A stretch of 42,680 bases of DNA. It comes from Beijerinckiaceae bacterium (GTDB taxonomy: Bacteria > Pseudomonadota > Alphaproteobacteria > Rhizobiales > Beijerinckiaceae). Shown one piece after another: positions 36,270 through 42,680 of this stretch. Each line of letters starts with the position of its first letter. Within the stretch, counting starts at the first letter, position 1. A program made the translations under genes and the position numbers. The stretch covers positions 1-42,680 of the forward strand of contig JAIEQX010000160.1 in the NCBI GenBank assembly GCA_019747375.1, given 5' to 3'. The notes under the pieces are model-generated. The model had not been told where the DNA came from. It did no database searches and saw nothing but the letters and a program-made list of their open reading frames with translations.

Positions 36270-37538
36270 GGGGAAAGGCGTGAAGATCAGCGCCGTTGCG
36301 CCCGCGCCCAGCGCTGCAAGGCTGACCGCTGCGACCCGAACTCCGATGCGAGCGCTGCCGGTCCACCAGGCCATCGCGGTCTTGGAGACCGTATTGACCG
36401 CGACAGCCAGCAGGATAGCCCGAACCGCGGTGGCATGCTGCAAATCCTGCTCGGCAGCCTCTGCGCCGAGGCGCGCCATGGCTATCGTGAGCGCATCGAC
36501 ATCCACGATGCCGGACAGGGCCGCGACCAGAAATACGCCAATGTCGCCGTAGGCCCGCCGCAGCAATTCGGCGGTGAGGGCCACGCCGCCGATGAGCGCC
36601 GCGAGCTTCAACGCCATTCCGAGCGCCAAGGGATTGCCGATCTGCAGGTTCGGACTCTGGCGGCCACCCTGGCCCCAGAGGAAGACGGCTGCGCCGCAGG
36701 CGAGCGCCACGCCTGCGGCGGCGAGCGGAGGGGCCAGGGGCGTCAGCAAGGCGGGGTTCAGAACGACCGCGACCACGGCGACGCGCATCAACATCACGGT
36801 CCCTGACATCAGGATCCCGGCGCTGAGAAGCCCCGCGGCCTCGCGGTGCTCGCGGCCAAGGCGCCCGAAAGCCAGCGTCGTCGCCGTGGACGAGGCGAGC
36901 CCCCCGGCGACGCCCGTCAGGAGAATGCCGAGCCGCGCCCCAAATGCTTTGACGGCAATGTAGCCGCCGAAGGAAATCGCCGCGATCAGGATGGCCAGCA
37001 GCCAGATCTCGTGCGGGTTGATGGCGCCCCACGGATCAATCCGGCGGTTCGGCAGGATCGGGAGCAGCAAGAACGACATGGCCAGGAGCGTCAGGGCGGC
37101 GCGGATCTCTTCCCATGTCAATGACGCCACCCAGCGATGCAGGCTTTCGCGGAGGGCCAGGAGCAGGGTCATGGCCACCGCGCAGGCCGCCGCGATGAGC
37201 AGTTCACCCGTCACCGCCATCGCGCCCAGCAGGAACGTCAGCATGCCGGCGATGACGGAGGTGGCGCTGAGATTGCGTTCGGCGCGAGCCTCAAGCCAGT
37301 GGAACGCCGCAAAGGCCGCTGTATAGGCCGTGAATGCGAAGCCAAGGATCGCGCCGCCGGCCTTCAGCGACAAGAGGGCGGCTACGCCGCCCATCAGGCC
37401 CGACAGCGCAAAGGTGCGAAAGCCCGCGGCGCGCTGATGATCCTCTTCCTCACGGGTCCGCCAGCCGCGTTCGAGGCCGACCAAAAGGCCGATCGCCAGC
37501 GAGACGGACAATCGGCTGAGTATCTCGATCTGCTCCAT
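36267..37538 (-). CDS. MgtC/SapB N-terminal domain + DUF4010 integral membrane protein
   Basis: SLAIGLLVGLERGW...AGFRTFAL (MgtC-type N-terminus), LPILPNR..DPWGAINPHEIW, ISFGGYIA, GGLASSTATT, SGIVDVDA, VNTVSK. Start 37538 (alternative 37589). Confidence 0.87.
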   Translation of the reverse strand: MEQIEILSRLSVSLAIGLLVGLERGWRTREEEDHQRAAGFRTFALSGLMGGVAALLSLKAGGAILGFAFTAYTAAFAAFHWLEARAERNLSATSVIAGMLTFLLGAMAVTGELLIAAACAVAMTLLLALRESLHRWVASLTWEEIRAALTLLAMSFLLLPILPNRRIDPWGAINPHEIWLLAILIAAISFGGYIAVKAFGARLGILLTGVAGGLASSTATTLAFGRLGREHREAAGLLSAGILMSGTVMLMRVAVVAVVLNPALLTPLAPPLAAAGVALACGAAVFLWGQGGRQSPNLQIGNPLALGMALKLAALIGGVALTAELLRRAYGDIGVFLVAALSGIVDVDALTIAMARLGAEAAEQDLQHATAVRAILLAVAVNTVSKTAMAWWTGSARIGVRVAAVSLAALGAGATALIFTPFP

Positions 37539-37647
37539 TGCGCTGCAATTCCCGCGTTCTTCGCCTTCGAGATGGCGGTTCTCTGCCATATAGAGTTGAA
37601 TTCCGCCTCACAACGGGCTTCAACGGGGTTCCCCGTCAGGAAAGCCC

Positions 37648-38274
37648 ATGCTGCAGACGATCACGACATTTCTGGATGGTTTCGGGCTTCTTGTCTTTGC
37701 GACATCGGGGGCGCTCGTCGCCTCGCGCAAAGAAATGGACATTGTGGGGTTCGCGCTGCTTGGGACGGTCACGGGCATCGGCGGCGGCACGCTGCGCGAC
37801 GTGCTTCTGGGCCTGACGCCGGTCTTCTGGATCGAAAATCCCACAGCGTTGCTGGTGTGCGTTGCGGTGTCGTGCGTGGTGTTCTTCACGGCGCATATTC
37901 CGCAATCGCGCCTGCGTCTCCTGCTCTGGTTCGACGCACTCGGTCTGGCGCTCTTCGCGGTGACCGGGGCCGAGCGCGCCATGCTGGCGGGGGCGGGGCC
38001 GGTCGCGGCGGTGACCATGGGAGTGATCACCGCGACATTCGGGGGCATGATCCGGGATGTGCTGGGCGGTGAAAGCCCGATGATTCTTGCCCATGAGATC
38101 TATGTAACGGCAGCCTTGCTCGGCTCGACTGTTTTCGTCGGTCTCGTGACGCTCGGCGTTCCGCACGAGGCGGCTCTCGTGAGTGGTTTTTGCGCGGGGT
38201 TCGCGTTGCGCGGCGCGGCGCTGCATCGTGGCTGGAGCCTACCGCGATACCGCCCTCGCGGCATAAGCGACTGA
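37648..38274 (+). CDS. Trimeric intracellular cation channel / UPF0126 (YadS-like) membrane protein
   Basis: Duplicated unit FATSGAL...TGIGGGTLRDVLLG and DALGLALFAVTGA...TATFGGMIRDVL, plus EIYVTAA. Confidence 0.9.
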   Translation: MLQTITTFLDGFGLLVFATSGALVASRKEMDIVGFALLGTVTGIGGGTLRDVLLGLTPVFWIENPTALLVCVAVSCVVFFTAHIPQSRLRLLLWFDALGLALFAVTGAERAMLAGAGPVAAVTMGVITATFGGMIRDVLGGESPMILAHEIYVTAALLGSTVFVGLVTLGVPHEAALVSGFCAGFALRGAALHRGWSLPRYRPRGISD

Positions 38275-38320
38275 CATGCGCCCCGACGCGCCGACCAACG
38301 CTCGCTGACGCCGGGCTATT

Positions 38321-38689
38321 TCAGGATTTGACAGGTCCATTCAGGCCCTGCGCGATCTGTTCGATTCGGGCGGCGGCGCGGTCGAGATTTTCGGCCACGG
38401 CGTTGACCCAGCCGGACGATGCGTCTTCGGCGTTCATGCTGGCCTCCCGAAGATTGCTGACGCTATTCTCCAGAGCGACGATCTTGCGGCGGCTTTCAGC
38501 GAGGTCGTCGGCGATCATGATGGCGGCCATCACGGTCAGGCGCTGGTCCCCGATCTCGCCAAAACTCTTGCGCAATTCAGCTATCTTTTGATCCACCTGG
38601 GCGGCGAGCCCCTCGAGATGTGCCTCTTCGCCTTCTCCGCAGGCCATGCGAAAGGTGCGGCCGGCGATCGTGACGTTGACCTGCGACAT
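38321..38689 (-). CDS. zapA: Cell division protein ZapA
   Basis: MSQVNVTIAGRTFRMACGEGEEAHL...FGEIGDQRLTVMAAIMIADDL. Confidence 0.93.
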   Translation of the reverse strand: MSQVNVTIAGRTFRMACGEGEEAHLEGLAAQVDQKIAELRKSFGEIGDQRLTVMAAIMIADDLAESRRKIVALENSVSNLREASMNAEDASSGWVNAVAENLDRAAARIEQIAQGLNGPVKS

Positions 38690-38692
38690 ATC

Positions 38693-39019
38693 CTAGCCCT
38701 CCGCATCGGCGTCAGAGGCGTCGGGATCAAGCGCTTCCGGAGAGCCGGGCTCGCCCAAGACCGCCCGAATGGCTTCGCTGGTTCGACTGAGGCGGCGCGC
38801 CACTTCGAGGTTTGCTTCCTCCAGTTTGCGAGTTCTGGCGGCGGCGCCGTCAAGCTCCACCGCGAGGCGCGACCGGTCATCCTGCATCACGGCGAGCTCT
38901 TCCTCGAGGTCGGCGCGGCGGGCATCGGCGATGGAACGACGCTCGGCCGCGGCCTCGAGATGATCGAGAGCGGCGGACAGCCGTTTCAAAGGAGCATCTA
39001 GACGATCTGGCAGCTTCAT
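38693..39019 (-). CDS. DUF4164 coiled-coil protein (ZapB/ZauP-like partner upstream of zapA)
   Basis: LKRLSAALDHLEAA...LAVMQDDRSRLAVELD...LEEANLEVARRL...IRAVL; 3 nt upstream of zapA. Confidence 0.8.
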   Translation of the reverse strand: MKLPDRLDAPLKRLSAALDHLEAAAERRSIADARRADLEEELAVMQDDRSRLAVELDGAAARTRKLEEANLEVARRLSRTSEAIRAVLGEPGSPEALDPDASDADAEG

Positions 39020-39190
39020 GACTTCGTGAGTTGCGGTGGCCCATTTGGGAGATTCGCTCCCAAGGCGTCAACGCGCGCCGGCGCGCCGCCCACAAGACAT
39101 TAGCATGCTATCGGCGGAGCGAAGGCTTGATTGGCCGCAGTTTATCCCAAGAAATGCTGTTTTGACGCCTTGGCGGGCCGTCTCGTCGCG

Positions 39191-39218
39191 TTGACAGGTG
39201 GGGTCCACCTGCTATCAA
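39191..39218 (+). promoter_or_regulatory. Sigma-70-type promoter for tkt-gap-pgk
   Basis: TTGACA-N16-TATCAA, with an exact consensus -35. Confidence 0.6.
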
Positions 39219-39329
39219 ACCTCCCGCTTGCGATTTTTTGCGATCACGTCTCCGGGCCAAGCCTTCCGCCGGCGCCGCCGTTCCCGGGCCGCATGTGATC
39301 GGACATGACCAGTCATTGGAAATGAGCCC

Positions 39330-41312
39330 ATGAGCGTTACACACGAGTCGATGGCCAATGCGATCCGCGCCCTTTCCATGGACGCTGTCGAAAAGGCGAA
39401 GTCCGGCCATCCGGGCCTGCCCATGGGCGTCGCCGATATCGCGACCGTGCTGTTCACCCAGGTGCTGAAATACGACGCGACGGATCCGAAGTGGCCGGAT
39501 CGCGACCGTTTCGTGCTGTCTGCCGGCCATGGATCGATGCTTCTGTATTCGCTGCTCTATCTCACCGGCAATCCGGAAATGACGATCGAGGAGATCAAAA
39601 ACTTCCGTCAGCTCGGATCGAAGACGCCGGGACATCCAGAAAATTTTGTGACGTCCGGCGTCGAGACGACCACGGGTCCGCTCGGCCAGGGCATTGCGAC
39701 CGCAGTCGGCATGGCGCTTGCCGAGCGCATGCTGAACGCCGAATTCGGCGACGTCGTCGATCATCATACCTACGTGCTCGCCTCGGACGGCGATCTGATG
39801 GAGGGACTGTCTCAGGAAGCCATCGCGATTGCTGGCCATTTGCGCCTCAATCGCATGATCGTGCTGTTCGACGACAACGGCATTTCGATTGACGGGCCGA
39901 TTTCGGTTTCGGACTCGGTCGACCAGGTGAAGCGCTTCCAGGCCTGCGGCTGGGACGCCGTTCGGGTCGACGGACATGACGCCAAGGCGCTGTTACGGTC
40001 GATCCGCAAGGCTCAGAAGTCCGACAAGCCGACGCTGATCGCCTGCAAGACGCAGATCGGATATGGCGCGCCGAAGCGCGCCGGGACGTCGAAGGCGCAT
40101 GGCGAACCGCTTGGCGCCGAGGAAATCGCTGGCGCGCGTGCTGCGCTCAACTGGCCGCACGAACCTTTCGTGGTGCCGGAAGACGTCCTGGACGCCTGGC
40201 GCAAGGCCGGGCGCAAGGGCAAGCGCCTCGCCAAGGCCTGGCGCGAGGAGAAGCTTGGCAAGCTGGACGCCGGAAAGCGCGCGGAGTTCGAGCGTCGCCT
40301 CGCTGGAGACCTGCCTCCCGCCCTGGCCGATGTGGTTCGCGCCGCCAAGCTGCGGTTGGCGGACGACAAAACCGAGATGGCGACCCGCAAGGCGTCCGAG
40401 GCCGCGATCGGGGTTCTCGCCCCCGCCGTGCCTGAACTTGTTACCGGTTCGGCCGACCTTACCGGGTCGAACAACACCAAGGTTGCGGCGACGCCGGCGA
40501 TCGGGCCGGGGCAGTATCTTGGACGGTTCGTGCATTGGGGCATTCGCGAGCACGGCATGGCGGCCGCCATCAACGGCATGGCGCTCCATGGCGGCTATAT
40601 TCCGTCGGGCGCGACTTTCCTCGTCTTCGCGGATTATTGCCGCCCATCGCTGCGGCTCGCCGCCCTGATGAAGACACGAGTCATCCAGGTGATGACGCAC
40701 GATTCCATCGGCCTCGGCGAGGATGGTCCGACCCATCAACCCGTCGAGACGCTGGCCTCGCTGCGGGCGATCCCTAACATGCTGGTCTTCCGTCCCGCCG
40801 ACCAGACGGAGACTTACGAATGCTGGCAGGCGGCTCTCGAGGCGCGCAACTCGCCTTCGATCCTCGCGTTGACGCGGCAGAACCTTCCCGCAGTCCGCAC
40901 GAGGTTCGTGGAAGACAACCTTTCGGCCCGGGGCGCCTATGAACTGTCGCCGGCGACCGGCGAAGCCAAAGTAACCATCTTCGCCAGCGGCTCGGAAGTT
41001 TCGGTTGCGTTGGGAGGACAGGCGCTGCTTCAGGAGCAGGGGATCGGGGCGCGGGTCGTCTCGGTGCCGTGCCTGGATTTGTTTCAGGAGCAGGACGAGG
41101 CCTATCGCGCTGAAGTTTTGGGCGCTGCGCCGGTTCGCATCGCCGTCGAGGCGGCCATTCGGCAAGGCTGGGACGCCCTCATCGGGGACCGGGGAGGCTT
41201 TGTGGGCATGTCAGGCTTCGGTGAGAGCGCTCCGGCCGCTAAACTTTACCAACACTTTAAAATTACACCCCAATCCGTCGTCGAAGCGGCCCTGCAGCGT
41301 TTGCCGCGCTGA
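39330..41312 (+). CDS. tkt: Transketolase
   Basis: [76 protein letters not shown]. Confidence 0.97.
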   Translation: MSVTHESMANAIRALSMDAVEKAKSGHPGLPMGVADIATVLFTQVLKYDATDPKWPDRDRFVLSAGHGSMLLYSLLYLTGNPEMTIEEIKNFRQLGSKTPGHPENFVTSGVETTTGPLGQGIATAVGMALAERMLNAEFGDVVDHHTYVLASDGDLMEGLSQEAIAIAGHLRLNRMIVLFDDNGISIDGPISVSDSVDQVKRFQACGWDAVRVDGHDAKALLRSIRKAQKSDKPTLIACKTQIGYGAPKRAGTSKAHGEPLGAEEIAGARAALNWPHEPFVVPEDVLDAWRKAGRKGKRLAKAWREEKLGKLDAGKRAEFERRLAGDLPPALADVVRAAKLRLADDKTEMATRKASEAAIGVLAPAVPELVTGSADLTGSNNTKVAATPAIGPGQYLGRFVHWGIREHGMAAAINGMALHGGYIPSGATFLVFADYCRPSLRLAALMKTRVIQVMTHDSIGLGEDGPTHQPVETLASLRAIPNMLVFRPADQTETYECWQAALEARNSPSILALTRQNLPAVRTRFVEDNLSARGAYELSPATGEAKVTIFASGSEVSVALGGQALLQEQGIGARVVSVPCLDLFQEQDEAYRAEVLGAAPVRIAVEAAIRQGWDALIGDRGGFVGMSGFGESAPAAKLYQHFKITPQSVVEAALQRLPR

Positions 41313-41382
41313 TGTCACAAGGTTATGAAATCACACCAATGACGGGGCTGTGGCCCGGAAAAGCTTTACGAGGAGAAACGAA

Positions 41383-42390
41383 ATGACGGTCAAGGTCGCG
41401 ATCAACGGTTTTGGACGGATTGGCCGCAACGTGTTGCGGGCGATCGTGGAATCCGGCCGCAAGGACATCCAGGTCGTGGCGATCAACGACCTCGGCCCGG
41501 TGGAGACAAACGCCCACCTGTTACGTTTCGACTCTGTCCATGGCCGCGCGCCCTTCGAGGTAAAGGTCGACGGCGACACGATCGATGTCGGCTACGGCCC
41601 GATCAAGGTGACGGCGATCCGCAATCCGGCCGAACTGCCCCACAAGGCTCTCGGCGTCGACATCGCGATGGAATGCACAGGCATTTTCACAACCCGCGAC
41701 AAGGCCAAGGCGCATCTCGACGCCGGCGCCAAGCGCGTCATTGTGTCGGCGCCCTGCGACGAGGCTGATCTCACCGTGGTGTTTGGCGTCAACCATGACA
41801 AGCTGACGAAGGATCATCTCGTCATCTCCAATGCGTCCTGCACCACGAACTGCCTTTCGCCCGTCGCGAAGGTGCTCAATGACGTGATCGGCATCGAGCG
41901 CGGCTTCATGACGACGATTCACTCGTACACGGGCGACCAGCCGACGCTCGATACGATGCACAAGGATCTGTATCGCGCCCGCGCCGCCGCCCTCTCGATG
42001 ATTCCGACCTCGACCGGAGCCGCCAAGGCCGTCGGTCTGGTGCTGCCGGAACTCAACGGCAAGCTCGACGGCTCCGCGATCCGCGTGCCGACTCCGAATG
42101 TCTCGGTCGTCGACCTCAAGTTCGTGGCCAAGCGCAAGACGACGGCCGAAGAAGTCAACGCCGCCATCAAGGCTGCAGCCGATGGCCCCATGAAGGGCAT
42201 TTTGGGCTACACCACGGCCTCGAACGTCTCGATCGACTTCAACCACGATTCACATTCGTCGGTCTTCCACATGGACCAGACGAAAGTGCTCGAAGGAACG
42301 TTCGTGCGTATCCTGTCCTGGTACGACAATGAATGGGGCTTCTCGAACCGCATGAGCGACACGGCCGTCGCGATGGCGAAGCTGATCTGA
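41383..42390 (+). CDS. gap: Glyceraldehyde-3-phosphate dehydrogenase, type I
   Basis: AGGAGA RBS; [41 protein letters not shown]. Confidence 0.98.
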   Translation: MTVKVAINGFGRIGRNVLRAIVESGRKDIQVVAINDLGPVETNAHLLRFDSVHGRAPFEVKVDGDTIDVGYGPIKVTAIRNPAELPHKALGVDIAMECTGIFTTRDKAKAHLDAGAKRVIVSAPCDEADLTVVFGVNHDKLTKDHLVISNASCTTNCLSPVAKVLNDVIGIERGFMTTIHSYTGDQPTLDTMHKDLYRARAAALSMIPTSTGAAKAVGLVLPELNGKLDGSAIRVPTPNVSVVDLKFVAKRKTTAEEVNAAIKAAADGPMKGILGYTTASNVSIDFNHDSHSSVFHMDQTKVLEGTFVRILSWYDNEWGFSNRMSDTAVAMAKLI

Positions 42391-42480
42391 TCAAAACGGG
42401 GCGCGACGCAGACAGCGGACGCGCCCCTCTCATTTTAGCCTTGTCCTGATCTCTACGCCTCTCCGGAGTTTTCCGTCCCC

Positions 42481-42680
42481 ATGAGTTCTTTCCGCACCCT
42501 CGACCAGGCAGATGTCGCCAGCAAACGCGTCCTTTTGCGTGTTGATCTCAACCTGCCGATGGAAAATGGGCGGATCTCCGATGCGACCCGGATCGAGCGC
42601 ATCGTGCCGACCATCAAGGAATTGTCCGGAAAGGGCGCCCGCATCATCCTGCTGGCGCATTTCGGGCGCCCGAAGAATGG
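42481..42680 (+). CDS. pgk: Phosphoglycerate kinase (5' part, truncated by the window end)
   Basis: Not in the ORF track; translated by hand as [65 protein letters not shown], with a GGAG RBS. Confidence 0.95.
   Translation, partial: MSSFRTLDQADVASKRVLLRVDLNLPMENGRISDATRIERIVPTIKELSGKGARIILLAHFGRPKN

Noticed and set aside
37540-37647. Glycine riboswitch upstream of the UPF0126 gene
   Set aside because: The region is too short and lacks the GGAGA...GAAG...CTCTCAGG aptamer pattern.
1-42680. Mobile elements, prophage, CRISPR array, tRNA or rRNA
   Set aside because: No transposase, integrase or phage motifs, no regularly spaced repeats, and no tRNA- or rRNA-like sequence seen; nearly all of the window is accounted for by intact housekeeping genes.

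Overview
GC-rich core-chromosome segment of an alphaproteobacterium; the gene set and order point to Hyphomicrobiales/Rhizobiales, and the genus cannot be determined. It holds about 43 CDSs and one 6S RNA. In order: pepF; a TacA-like sigma-54 activator; an L,D-transpeptidase and a DUF882/MepK-like endopeptidase; a NitT/TauT ABC cassette lacking a binding protein; gapR, DUF1244 and an N-formylglutamate amidohydrolase; DUF1036-pyk; a TPR lipoprotein; rpsU; purEK; two divergent DUF465 genes; a PAP2-family membrane enzyme; prpE; fadD; trcR (DUF1013); a quinone oxidoreductase; DUF1192; DUF1059; rcdA; rpmE; an ABCB exporter; a non-flagellar MotA/MotB-like pair with suhB, a Sel1 protein and a degenerate ThiE; yebC; TIGR00282; 5-formyl-THF cyclo-ligase; 6S RNA; an MgtC/DUF4010 + UPF0126 pair; zapA; DUF4164; and tkt-gap-pgk (pgk cut by the window edge). 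I saw no mobile element, prophage, CRISPR array, tRNA or rRNA, and no clearly new biological system. The best leads are (i) the orphan stator-like MotAB pair and its co-oriented neighbours, (ii) a cell-cycle module (CtrA boxes at tacA and rcdA, a C-terminal Ala-Ala degron on TacA, a candidate sigma-54 promoter before the peptidoglycan endopeptidase), (iii) a two-gene membrane insertion splitting zapA from 6S RNA, and (iv) several promoters with inverted repeats inside their spacers. All family calls come from motif recognition by eye; no searches were run.
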